Origin: Mustelus asterias | Lineage: Eukaryota | Assembly (NCBI RefSeq): GCF_964213995.1 | Contig: NC_135825.1 | Location: 18,600,001 to 18,664,000, forward strand | Length of the DNA: 64,000 nucleotides | Direction: 5' to 3' | Part shown: piece by piece, positions 51,263-64,000 of the stretch | Layout of the letters: each line of letters starts with the position of its first letter | Numbering within the stretch: position 1 is the stretch's first letter | Translations under genes and position numbers: made by a program | Notes under the pieces: model-generated | The model's database searches: none | Told to the model about the DNA's origin: nothing | Seen by the model: only the letters and a program-made list of their open reading frames with translations

Positions 51263-54200
51263 TCCTTCCACAGCATCTTCCAAACCAGTGCCAGTTAGAA
51301 AGACAAGACACATGGGGACACCACCTCCAGCAAGTTCCTCTCTAAGTCACACATAATCCTGATTTAGAATAATACCGCTGTTCTTTCACTGTCACTGGGA
51401 AACTCCCTCCCAATAATTCATGTGGGGGTAACTCCACTACGTGGACTGAAAAGTAAACATAAGCTTGGAGAAAGAATGAGATGTTGCTTAGCAACCTGGG
51501 CCCACTTTAGGAAAGACAGATCTTGTGATAATGTTTAACTGAATTAATAGCAATTGGAGCTTGGAAAGTAGACAGTGCATCTAAGGTAGATGGTTGCATG
51601 GTGGCACAGTGGTTAGCACTGCTAGCTCACAAGCCTGGGTTCAATCCCAGCCTTGAATGACTGTCTGTGTGGAGGTTGCACATTCTGTCTCTGCGTGGGG
51701 GTTTCCTGCGGGTGCTCTAATTTCCTCCCATAGTCAAAAAATGTGCAGGTTAGGTGGATTGGCCATGCAAAGTTGTCCCTTGGTATCCAAAGTGTGTAGT
51801 TTAGGGAGATTAGCGAGGTAAATAAGTGGGGTTACGAGGATAGAGCCTGGGAAAGATGCTCTGTTGGAGAGTCAGTGCAGGCTTGATGGCCTGAAAGGCC
51901 TCCTTCTTCACTATAGGGATTTTATAATCAGTGAACAGCTCTCAGTTCGGTTGGAAGAAAAGCCATATAATGGAGTAATGAACAGGAAAGCAAATGCTAG
52001 AAACTAAAGCATAACTCATTCTAGAAAGCAAGTAGAGGAGAGATAGGTTTTCATGAAGATTGAAGTCAAAAGGAAAATAGAAACTGTAATTTGTGCAGGG
52101 TACTTTTCATTGAAGTTACAGACAGAATTGAGAAGTACGGTCTTGGGTGTCATTAGCTAGGGAAAAGCCAGAGCTATCTGAAACAATTGTAATGTTGGTG
52201 TCCTTATTTCCAGTCTTACGAACAATAGTATTCAATTGGTGGCTAGATCTGACAGTTTCCATGAAAGCTTGAATGTACATGGCTATTCAAGGCAAAAGAA
52301 TCTTGAAAGAAGAGTTGGAAAACCTGGAAGTGGATCCTTGCTGAAAACAGCTGAGGGAAAAGTTGTTTGATAGAAAATTCCAAGGTGTGTCTGTTCCACA
52401 ACAATGTGATAATAACCAGATCATCTGTTTTGGTCTCTCATTTAAGGAAAGGTATACTGACATTGGAGGCAGTCCAGGGAAGGTCATGAGGTTAATCTTG
52501 GGTATGGAGGGATTTTCTTATGAGGAGAGGTTGAGTAGGCTTAGCCTGTACTCACTGAAGTTTAGAAGAATGAAAGACTATCTTATTGATAAATATAGGA
52601 TTCTCAGGGGGCTTGACACGGTAGATGCAGAGAGGCTGTTTCCCCTTGTTGGAGAGTTAAGGTCCAGAGGGCATAATCTCAGAGTAAGGGGGCACCCATT
52701 TAAAATAGAGATGAGGAAAGATTTCTTCTCTCAGAGGGCAGTGAATCTGTGGAATTCTTTACTGCAGAGGGCTGTAGAGGCTGGGTCATTAAGTATGGTT
52801 AAGGCTGAGACAGACAGCTTTCAAATCAGTAAGGGAATCAAGGGTTATGGGAATAAGATGGGAAAGTAGAGTTGAGGATTATCTCAGTAATGATCTCACT
52901 GAATGGTGGAGTAGACTCAATGGGCCAAATGGTCTATTTCTGTTCCTACATTGTATGATCTTATGATGAGGGCTAGGTATTGTGCCAGGACAGCAGACTC
53001 TTCTTAGAAACAGTGCCATGGAAACTTTTACATCTACTTGTAGAGCATGAGAAGGGTTTTGGATTAATATCACCCTGGGTTTTTCTGCTCAAGCCTCTGG
53101 ATCAAGGCTTGAACCCACAAGCTTCTGACTGAGGCAAGAATGTTCCTCGCTGCGCCATGGTTGACATCCAAAAGAGATTGCTAAAAATACTCAGCATGTC
53201 AGGCAGCATCTGTGGAGGCAGGAAAAACAGAATTAACATTGCTGGTCACTGACCTCCTACCACTATTGGCAAAGGTCAGAGATGCAACAGTTTTTAAGCA
53301 GTTAAGTCAAAGGTAGCATGGGGAACAGGGGAGAGGATAAAAGGAAAGGCTTGTGGTAAGGTGGAAGCCAGGAATGATAAAATACAAAGTGGAATGGGAA
53401 TCGAGCAAGTAAAATACAAGGTTAAAAAAAAACAGAAAATGCTGGAAAACCTCAGCAGGTCTGACACCATCTGTGGAGAGAGAATGGAGTCAATGTTTCA
53501 AGGGGTCATTCAGATTCCAGCATCCACAGTTTTTAGCATTTAAAAAGCAGGGTTAGATGAGCTATAAATGGCAACGCCCCAAACATTACCAGCACCTACT
53601 GTCTGAAAAAAAAATCTATTTATTTTGCAAGCTGCAGTTGTACTAAATCGTTTGAATTGTTTGAGTAACTCTAAATAAGTTATTAAAGGATTCGCTGTCT
53701 TTGTTGGGCTTAGTGACATAGTGATTTATTTGTATCTATAAGAGATCAGCCACTTGAGCATATTTGAAAGCTTTGAATGGGTTGGATGAATAGGAGCTTT
53801 TTTCATGATAACTATGTAGGATGGGAGCTGTATTATGTATTTAGAAGATGAATTTGTTTCACCTCCACATGGGTTCTGAGGTATTCCCATGGTAGATAGT
53901 CGGTTAGTGGCTATGGATGTGGCATGGAGAGTATGATGGCCATTATGTATCAGCGAGGTCATGAGTGGGCATTGATTGGCATGCAGGGTATGATTGCTCA
54001 TGGCGGGGTGGGTGTGGGAGCTTGAATCAGTAGTAAATTAGCACGGGGAGAGTGAGTGGCCATCGCGTTGGTGGGGTGTGACAAGTGTCAAAGCCAGCAG
54101 GCTTTGACACTTGTCCACCCCAATGGCAGCCTACCCGCCACTTCCAAAGTTAACAGGCTCAACTCAATCCCATTGGCATGTCCCCGCAGTGAATATTGTG

Positions 54201-57145
54201 TGCATCAAGTACATTTACCAAGGCAGATTGGTCTTCACTTCTGGTTGCCTCGGAAAAACAGCCAGCATAATCAAGAACCCCATGCACCCAGGACATATCC
54301 TCTTCCACCTTCTTCCATCGGGATAAAGATACAAAAATCTGAGAACACACACCAACAGCTTCTTCCCTGCTGTCATCAGACTTCTGAATGGTCCTATCAT
54401 AGATTAAGCTAATCCTTCTCTACACCCTACCTGTAACTGCAGCACTATATTCTGCACCCTCTCCTTTCCTTCTCCCCTATGTACTCTATGAACGGTATAT
54501 TTTGTCTGTATAGCGCGCAAGAAACAATACTTTTCACTGTATCCCAATACACGTGACAATAATAAATCAAATCTAATCTAATCAGGTCCGGCAGCGAGTA
54601 GTAGTACTTAGATGGAGTCTGATCAACAGTTCAGACTTAAATATATTCAAATACTAGGTCGACAGTAGATTTCAAACTGGTAGGTCAGGCCACAGGCTAA
54701 GGTTTCTCAAAGATGACTGCATACTAAGAACATCAGTTGAACTTGCTGCATCAAGGAATTATAAGATGATGCCAAGACCACCAAAAGCAGTACCCTGGAA
54801 AAAAAATCCCTCACACAACACAGGGGCAGAAATTTTGCCTCTGAAATATAGCTGAACAGAACTTGAGTGTCAAGAAACACTTCACACTTGACACTGAAGA
54901 CCCACCTGATGCCTTTGATGTGGTTTTAAAAGTCAACTATTTGAAGAGAACAGACTGATTACAATTAGCGGAGAAATACGCATATGCAGTAAACATGTTT
55001 AAAGTGTTACTAGTTCTTATCAGGGTTTCTGATATTCGGTTCAATCTATACATAAACATATTAAGAGAACCAAATGTAATATTCTGGTTTGATATTTAAA
55101 GTGGAATACCTTTATGAAAGGCACGGTGGTACAGTGGTTAGCACTGCCACCTCACAGCGCCAGGGACCTGGGTTCAGTTCCAGCCTTAGGTGACTGTGTG
55201 GTGTTTACACATTCTACCTGTGTCTGCATGGGTTTCCTCTGGGTGCTCCGGTTTCCTCCCATACTCCAAAGATGTGCGGGTTAGGTTGATTGGCTATGCC
55301 AAATTGCCCCCAGGGGATTAGCAGGGTAAATTCATGTGGTTACAGGGAGAGAGCCTGGGTGGGATTGTTGTCAGTGCAAGCTTGATGGGCCGAATGGTCT
55401 CCTTCTGCACTGTCGGGATTCCATGATTCTATGATTTAGAAAAATGACCTTGGGTAAATCTTTTGTCTTCGCCTTTCGGCTTGGTAATTTGATGAGTAAA
55501 GTTACATGTATTTTCCAGGAACAGTCTGATAACAAGGTCCTTCATGGCAGGCTGGTGCAAAAGCTTATATCTCACAGGATCAGGGGTGAACTAGCTAGAT
55601 GGATTCAGAACTGGCTTGGCCATAAAAGGTGGAAGGGTGTTTTTCTGAATGGAGGTCTGTAACTAGTGGTGTTCTGCAGGGATCAGTGCTGGGACCACGT
55701 AGGTGGTCTGATTAGCAAGTTTGCAGATGATACTAAGATTGATGGAGTTGTGGATAGTGATGAAGATTGTCAGAGAATGCAGCAGGATACAGATAAACTG
55801 GAAAATTGGTCGGAGAAATGGCAGGTGGAATTTAATTTGGACAAATATGAGGTGATGCATTTTGGTAGATCCAATTCATGTGGGTGCTATAAAATAAATG
55901 GCAGAACAATCAGGAGCATATAGACACAGAGAGATTTGGGAGTACAGGTCCACAGATCCTTAAAAGTGGCAGCAGAGGTGGAAAAGGTGGTGAAGAAAGA
56001 TATGGCATACTTGCCTTCATCAGACAGGGCATCGAGTATAAAAGTTGGCAAATTAATTAACAGTTGCATAAAACGTTGGTTAGGCCACATTTGGAATACC
56101 GTGTCCAATTCTGGTCACCACACGATCAGAAGAACGCGGCAGCTTTGGAGAGAGTGCAGAAAAGGTTTACCAGGATGTTGCCTGGTATGGAGGGTATCAG
56201 CTATGAGCTATGGCATTGTTCTCCCTGGAAAGGTGGAGGCTGAGGGGCAACCTGATAGAAGTTCATAAAATTATGAGAGGTATAGATAGGATGAACAGAT
56301 GGAAGCTTTTTCCAAGGGCAGAAATGACAATTACAAGGGGGCACAAATTCAAGATAAGGGGGGAAAGGTTCAGTGGAGATATGCAGTGAAAGTTCTTTAC
56401 ATAGAGAGTGGTGGGGCCTGGAATGCACTGCCAAGTGAAGTGGTTGAGGCAGATATGTTAGACACATTTAAGACTTATCTTGATAGGCATATGAACAAAC
56501 AAGAGGGATATAAGCGGTTGGTTAGATAGGTAAACGTGATCGATGCAGGCTTGCAGGGCCGAAGGGCCTGTTCCTGTGCTGTACTTTTCTTTGTTCTTTG
56601 TTTTTTCCAAGTAATGCAATGGAAGACAATGGTGGTGGCAGTTTTTATCTTTGTCCACTGATTATATGAATGGTTCAGCAAATCTTGCCATGGATCAAAC
56701 AACATTGAAAAACAGACAACATTATTCTGGCCTACAAATTCACTCAGCCTAATATATGACTTAGGCCAGAGGCGAGACAACTTGCTGTACCAGATATATG
56801 CTCAAACAGGTGCACGCTTATGCTTGCTTACAAAGGCTTTTGTTTCAAGCCAAGCAAAACAATTTGACTTAGCTCCTGCTTAAAAATAGAAAATGCTGGA
56901 AATACTCCACACGTTTGTTTCCCTCCCCACATATGCTGTCAGACCTGCTGAGTAGTTCCTGCTTCTTCTGTTTCAATTGCCAACATCCACATATCCGGAC
57001 CCTGAAGTAACCAGCATGGAATCTTTGGGCTAAATGGCCTCCTCTGCACTGTAGGGATATGTTTCTATGAGCAATGATCCTGTGACTGCCAGACGTACAA
57101 TTGTGTAATAAAAATAGCATTCACCATCCCTTTCCAATGTACTAG

Positions 57146-57505
57146 TTGTGGAAGTTATGGAGAGCTGGCAAGATAGGGTCTGGATAGGGTGGACTCTCAG
57201 AGGCTATTTCCAAGGGCTGAAATGGTTGCTACGAGAGGACACAGGTTTAAGGTGCTGGGGGGTAGGTACAGGGGGGATGTCAGGGGTAAGTTTTTCACTC
57301 AGAGGGTGGTGGGTGAGTGGAATCGGCTGACGTCGGTGGTGGTGGAGGCAAACTCGTTGGGGTCTTTTAAGAGACTTCTGGATGAGTACATGGGATTTAA
57401 TGGGATTGAGGGCTATAGATAGGCCTAGAGGTGGGGATGTGATCGGCGCAACTTGTGGGCCGAAGGGCCTGTTTGTGCTGTGACTTTCTATGTTCTATGT
57501 TCTAT
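57146..57505 (+). mobile_element. CR1 3' fragment
   Basis: TRGHRFKVLGG..FFTQRVVGEWNRL; (TTCTATG)n tail. Confidence 0.85.
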
Positions 57506-58239
57506 ACCCATATTCCTTCCCCGCAAAGCCTGCCGATATTAAGTGCCACTCGGGGACAGAAATCCCACCTACTGAATGCTGCTGGCCAGTCAGATGCTGG
57601 CAGCTCTTTTGAACAGCAATGTCACTGGGAGGCTGTGGTACCCATCGGGATCAAGGTGTGAACCAGGCCAAACATCGTTAATGGTTAGGGTTGCCAACTC
57701 CAATGAAGTGCGTTCCTGGAGGTTTCATCACATGACATTCCCCTACACTTCAATCATTCATCAGCCAACACATCCATCCTTGTGATGCATGGCCTTCTAC
57801 ACCAACTGGAAAGCAAAAAGACCCATTACCCAATTGCATTCTTCTTGATTGTCAGCCAAACAGCTTTCTTACCTTCCAGTTTTAACATGTTTATATCCAG
57901 TAAAGAGACATGCTGAAAGAAAATGACAACAAAAAAAATCTTTTTTAATGTCCTGATGGATTTTCTCCGGGGTTGCACACGGCAGTGTTCTGGAGATTGA
58001 CTCTCAATTCTTGGAGAGTCCAGGTCAATCTTAAAGGATTGGCAACCCTAGTAATGGCGGAGGGTGGGAGGGGTTGTGGGTGGGGATCATGGGGAGAGGG
58101 GTGCAGGGAGAGTGGTAGCAAGGACAAGGGGATGGCACTAAACACCTTTGAGCAAGGAACATTTCCCAGTGCTCCGTGGAGACAAACAAGTTGCACAGTT
58201 TTACCTATTTTGCATGTTGACATCTGACACTGGGTTAGT

Positions 58240-58390
58240 AACACAGTAAGAAGTCTCACAACACTAGGTTAAAGTCCAACAGGTTTATTTGGAATTACGA
58301 GCTTTCAGAGCGCTGCTCCTTCCTTACCTGGTGTTATGAGATTTCTTACTGTGCCCACACCAGTCAAACGCCGGCATCTCCACATCATGG
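58240..58390. mobile_element. Penelope-like pLTR remnant with inverted copy and truncated hammerhead
   Basis: Minus strand reads GAAGGAGCAGCGCTCTGAAAGCTCG (stem II and GAAA, CUGA box lost); inverted arrangement as at 4625. Confidence 0.6.
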
Positions 58391-61300
58391 GTTCGTAACA
58401 GTGATGGTGGGTTGAAGCCCTTAAGCACTCATTGATCACCCACTTAAGGGCCACAACTGGCAGAAGGCAGGAAGGTGACAGAGTTCAGGCGCACCACCAT
58501 TCTGCCTCATTAGATAGCCTTCCCACCTCCAAACATGCCACAAGAGAGGCCATGAAGTCCACCCTTTCAATCTCATTTGCATATATTCATAGAATGATAC
58601 ACCATAGAAAGCGGCCATTCAATTCACGTGACTATACTCACCCTTTGAAAGAGCTATTCATTTAGCCCCAATCCCCTACTCTTTTTCCATCACCCTGCAA
58701 CTTCATCACATTTTAAATATTTATCCAATTCCCTTTTGAAAGTTATTACTGAACCCGCTTTTTTCTCCCATTTAGGCAGTATATTCCAGATCATGACATC
58801 TCAATGGATGAAAACATTTTCCTCATGTTGTTTCTGGTACATTTGTCAACTACTTTAAATAAGTTTCTTCTCATTTCATCTATCAAAACCCATCATTATT
58901 ATGATAAACTCTGTCAAACCTCCTCTGAAGCTCCATATTGGACTCAAAGCTTTAACTGTGTTTCTCTCTGTGTGGATGCTGCTAGACTGCTGAGTTTATC
59001 CAACACTTTCTGTTTTTAATTTGGATTTTTAGCATCCACAATATTTTGCTTTTACTCCTATGAACTCTCTCTAAAGAGGACAGTTCCAATTTCTCTAGTT
59101 TATCCAATAATTGAAGTCTTTTAATTCTGGGAATATTCTAGTAAATCTCTTCTGCCCCCTTTCTAAAGCTTTCGTATCCTTCCTAAAGCATGGTACCCAG
59201 AAGTGGCCACAATACTCCACCTGGGACCAAGCCATAGGCTTATAAATGCTTAGCATAACTCTCTTGCTTTTGTACTCTACGTCTCTATTAATATAAGCAA
59301 GGATCTGATATTCCTTTTTAACAGCCTTACCAATCTATGGTGCCACTTTTGAAGACTGTACGCCTGCAGATCTCACTGCCCATGCAGCCTTTCCTGCAAG
59401 TAACTTTCTTATAAAACACATTGATTGTGATAGATATGAGATCAAGTACACAAAAGATGCTGGATTTGATTGATCACCAATGTCCCCTGTAGTCCAGATT
59501 TAATACCAGTAAATCAGCAATAATTCAGCAAGCAAACATTAATCTCCATTTATTATGTTCTTGTTTCAAGCAGTTATTCTTTGCAGTTGACCCAGAACTT
59601 TGTCTAAGTACTTATATCACTAGATGTTCGCATATATCAATGACTAACAGAAAAGCAGTCTAAGCGTCATTATGTTGGGTAAAGATCATTTATCAGGGTT
59701 CAAAAATTAAACTGTGCATTATTGTTTCATTTTTCACCGCACACATGTCATTAAAATAAAATTTGCATGTATTGATGTTACAGCTAATGCATGTTAAGTT
59801 ACATTGACATTATCTGACTGTTCCTTTGCAGTTGTTGGCACTGCAGAGCATCAACCTATTGGCATCTGTTCAGCCAATGGGGAATGGAAACTTCCTTTCT
59901 GTTGGATCATTGGCTGAAGGCACTTTGACCTGGCCTTCAAAGTACACCGAGTCAGCTCAGTGCAGCCATGTGTCCTGATGAACAATTGCAACAAAGCACA
60001 ATTATACCTAGCATGCTGGGATTGCACAAGACCAGATTTGGATTCATAATGACAATTTTGTTTTTTAACATGAAGGAAGAGGACTATATTGTCCTTTCAT
60101 TTTCTACTGGCCTGTTGAAGTATATCACATGCAAGTTGGAAATCAGAAGTCAAAGTGGTTCAGAGTCACTCATTATAAGAACATAAAAAGATATGCGGAA
60201 AAGGCCTGGGAATATGATTAGATACTTTCCGTTGAGGAGCTATTTATTATGGACTGAATAATCTCCAATGCCAAAAGTTCCCTGATTCAATGACACTGAG
60301 TTTAGTTTGACCTTGCTTTTCCCTCACATCAGGGATGTGTTGATGTGCCTTTTGGACTGTATCTCATGCATTGGTCACTTATTCACAGACCCAGGGAAGC
60401 AGCAGCCAGTAATCCCTCTTATTTTAAAGTTAAACATAGTGAAAACCAGTAATTTACAACTGATGGGCTAATTAGGATAAGTCTCAATCTAAACATTGGA
60501 GCACAAATGTCGACATACTCCAGGTTGTTGTGGCAAAAGTTTGAAACCACTCAAGTCTGTAAGTTGCAGTACTGAAACTTTATTCTGAAACACATAATCC
60601 TGCTCCTACAGAGTGTCTGCCCAATACAATGGCCGTATTTATATCTTTTGGTTATAGAAAAATGGGAGGTCTCACACATATATCAATAATCAGGGAATAC
60701 ACAATGTCTTACACAGGTGGCCCCTTATTTCCACGGTGTGGCCTTCCTGGCTTACAGCAGGGATAACTCCCCATCTGCTTTAGTCTCTTCTTAATGCCTC
60801 ATTTTAGCTGACTTTCCCATCCTGCCTGAAAGGCTCCCATAGCTGCCTTAATATTCAAACTACTTTCACCTATTTCTAAAGTTGTAAATGTACATCATAA
60901 TGTGAATTTCAATATCAAACAATTTCAATCACCCCACTTCAAGGTCCTGAGTTAAAGCACACATTCACTGTCCGTACTAAGTACACAGAGCAGGTCACTG
61001 TACTTGAACTGGCAGCATCAACAAAACACACACCCTCAGTTGCCCATGTCACATATAGATGGCTAAATATTGCTTTGCAAAGAAGGTGCTGCAGTCATAG
61101 CTAATGAAACCTAGTATCTTGTTTTAGAATTGAACGCAGTGAAAGCAGTTGCATTTTATTTACTCCCTCATATGACCTATATGGCCTACAGGCTTATTGT
61201 GTGAGGTAAGAGTGGGATGGATGCATCCTCCTTTCAAGTTGCTTCATTGTTTCTCACTGTCTTCTGTTCTCATCGTCCTTCTCCATCAAGGCAACAAATA

Positions 61301-61944
61301 GTGCAACCTCCATGGGGATATCTGTTTTACTCTGTTACCCCTAACTGCATGTTAGGATGAAAAATGTGCTGGTGGCAAAGAAAGGCTTGCATTCTGGCAG
61401 CTTGAAGCTCATGTTAGTCAGTTCCACAAAGCAAAGTGGATAATCATTTAGGTAAACCTAAGATACTGTCGAAGGTTGCCTATGCTGAAGGTACCTTTAA
61501 ATGGATTACCAGCAGGAGGTTTGTGTGCACATAAATCGCATTGAGTTTAACAGGGATGGAACAATGGGAATTCTGACAATTCATGACTTCCATCTCATTT
61601 GTACGTGCGCATTGTTGAAGGAGCAGATGAAAGACTCCCTCCTCTTAATGTGGAAACTTTAGTGGAATCGAAGTGAAAAGGATCCTGCCCCAAAACAAAA
61701 CTACGCTTTCATATGTACCTATTTTCCCCTATAGTCAGCATGGATGTGAGGATTATCTTCTTCATGTGCTATCTTCTGTGCGGGTTGCTTAGGTTTTCAC
61801 TTTACTCGGGATATTCTTTGTTATACTTCAATAAAAACATTAGAAGGTGTGCGAGTATCTGTGTAAAAATGTAGACCGTACATTGAACTTTTATTCAGGC
61901 TAATCGTTAGAAGATTCCATCTTTCAGAGTGGATCAATGTAGTT

Positions 61945-62260
61945 CATAGAATCATAGAATCTCTACAGTGCAGAAGGAGACCATTCGGCCCATCGAGTCT
62001 GCATCAACCACAATCCCATCCAGGCCCGATCCCCATAACCCTAATATTTACCCTACTAACCCCCCGACACTAAGGGGCAATTTAGCATGGCCAATCAACC
62101 TAACCTGCACATCTTTGGACTGTGGGAGGAAACTGGAACATCCGGAAGAAATCTTCGCAGACAAGGGGAGAATGTGCAAACTCCACACAGACAATGACCC
62201 AAGCCATGAATCAAACTCGGGTCCCCGGCACTGTGAGGCAGCAGTGCTAACCACTGTGCC
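61945..62260 (-). mobile_element. HE1/V-SINE
   Basis: Near full-length SINE on the minus strand with (CATAGAAT)n tail. Confidence 0.85.
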
Positions 62261-62848
62261 AGTTGAATTAAGTTTAACTAATAATGAAATTTTAAAATGT
62301 ATAAAATAACCAACTCGTTACATTAATTGATACTTTCATTTTGCTGGTTCAGTCGTTATCACCAGTTGAGGCAAACTCTTAAACTCAAACACATTTTGTT
62401 TTGTTTGTATTCACTTCAGATGATGCTGATTGAAGATCATTAGCAGCCTGGCAAAAGCAGAGTTTATTAACACTCAACTTTATAACTAACCTTTTGGCAT
62501 TAAACTGTTGACACACAAAAAATGTGCATACTCTGCTTCTCATTGTATTGCCTGCTTATGGCTTGAGAGAGAATCCAAATGCAATTGCACCATTAGTTCT
62601 GGAAGCAATTAATATTTCATGTAAGCTAATGTGCTGATTGCTCATGATAGAGCAGAAAATTGTAAGGACACTTTGCATCAAAATCAGTCAAATTCTGTCA
62701 ATACAAAATGTATTTTTGTGAGCTTTGATTATTTTCTTCTCAAATTTAATTTGTTCATCCAGCGCCACAAACCTTCCCCAATGAAGATTAGGAATTAACG
62801 CCAGGTATCTGTCATTGGGTATCACTGAGTCACTACAATACTTTAAAT

Positions 62849-63993
62849 TAAGACCATAAGACCATAAGACATAGGAGCGGAAGTAAGGCCATTCGGCCCA
62901 TCGAGTCCACTCCACCATTCAATCATGGTTGATTTCAACTCCATTTACCCGCTCTCTCCCCATAGCCCTTAATTCCTCGAGAAATCAAGAATTTATCAAT
63001 TTCTGTCTTGAAGACGCTCAACGTCTCGGCCTCCACAGCCCTCTGTGGCAATGAATTCCACAGACCTACCACTCTCTGGCTGAAGAAATTTCTCCTCATC
63101 TCTGTTCTAAAGTGACTCCCTTTTATTCTAAGGCTGTGCCCCCGCGTCCTAGTCTCCCCTGCTAATGGAAACAACTTCCCTACGTCCATCCTATCTAAGC
63201 CGTTCATTATCTTGTAAGTCTCTATCAGATCTCCCCTCAACCTCCTAAACTCCAATGAATATAATCCCACGATCCTCAGACGTTCATCGTATGTCAGGCC
63301 TACCATTCCTGGGATCATCCGTGTGAATCTCCGCTGGACCCGCTCCAGTGCCAGTATGTCCTTCCTGAGGTGTGGGGCCCAAAATTGCTCACAGTACTCC
63401 AAATGGGGCCTAACCAGTGCTTTATAAAGCCTCAGAAGTACATCCCTGCTTTTGTATTCCAAGCCTCTTGAGATAAATGACAACATTACATTTGCTTTCT
63501 TAATTACGGACTCAACCTGCAAGTTTACCTTTAGAGAATCCTGGACTAGGACTCCCAAGTCCCTTTGCACTTTAGCATTATGAATTTTGTCACCGTTTAG
63601 AAAATAGTCCATGCCTCTATTCTTTTTTCCAAAGTGCACGACCTCGCACTTGCCCACGTTGAATTTCATCAGCCACTTCTTGGACCACTCTCCTAAACTG
63701 TCTAAATCTTTCTGCAGCCTCCCCACCTCCTCAATACTACCTGCCCCTCCACCTATCTTTGTATCATCGGCAAACTTGGCCAGAATGCCCCCAGTCCCGT
63801 CGTCTAGATCGTTAATATATAAAGAGAACTGCTGTGGCCTCAACACTGAACCCTGCGGGACACCACTTGTCACCAGTTGCCATTCTGAGAAAGAACCTTT
63901 TATCCCAACTCTCTGCCTTCTGTCTGACAGCCAATCGTCAATCCATGTTAGTACCTTGCCTCGAATACCATGGGCCCTTATTTTACTCAGCAG
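62849..63993 (-). mobile_element. Young CR1-type LINE 3' portion with open RT C-terminal frame (62935-63873)
   Basis: Uninterrupted 312-aa ORF with [16 protein letters not shown] and RPHLEYC; (CTTATGGT)n tail at 62850-62872. Confidence 0.93.
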
Positions 63994-64000
63994 AGTAAAT

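Noticed and set aside
58920-59050. Possible further hammerhead in a decayed pLTR
   Set aside because: Core boxes are mutated (no intact CUGANGA or GAAA).
1-64000. CRISPR arrays, operons or other prokaryotic systems
   Set aside because: The sequence is intron-containing vertebrate DNA with no regularly spaced repeat-spacer pattern.

Overview
Eukaryotic DNA from a cartilaginous fish (shark), inferred from HE1/V-SINEs, CR1-type LINEs and Penelope-type pLTR repeats. The window holds a minus-strand tandem array of three recent paralogues of the GH18 acidic chitinase CHIA. Copy A has only coding exons 1-3 in the window (1480-3036). Copy B is complete (14501-24465, 11 coding exons, 488 aa) and so is copy C (39586-50051, 11 coding exons, 532 aa). 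Repeat period is about 21-26 kb. B and C keep the catalytic DGLDIDWE motif, a Gly/Ser linker and a C-terminal CBM14 domain. Both spacers carry the same degraded Gypsy LTR element. Most notable: (1) linker of 31 vs 75 pure Gly/Ser residues; (2) GT>GC change at the last splice donor of copy C; (3) Asn in place of the acid-pH His208; (4) a decayed duplicate of the catalytic exon inside intron 6; (5) an apparently intact minimal hammerhead ribozyme in a Penelope-type insert upstream of copy B; (6) several template-switch inverted repeats, including a perfect 36-bp hairpin. No prokaryotic-type systems, CRISPR arrays, rRNA or true tRNA genes are evident. All coordinates and counts were read by eye, and TE boundaries are approximate.
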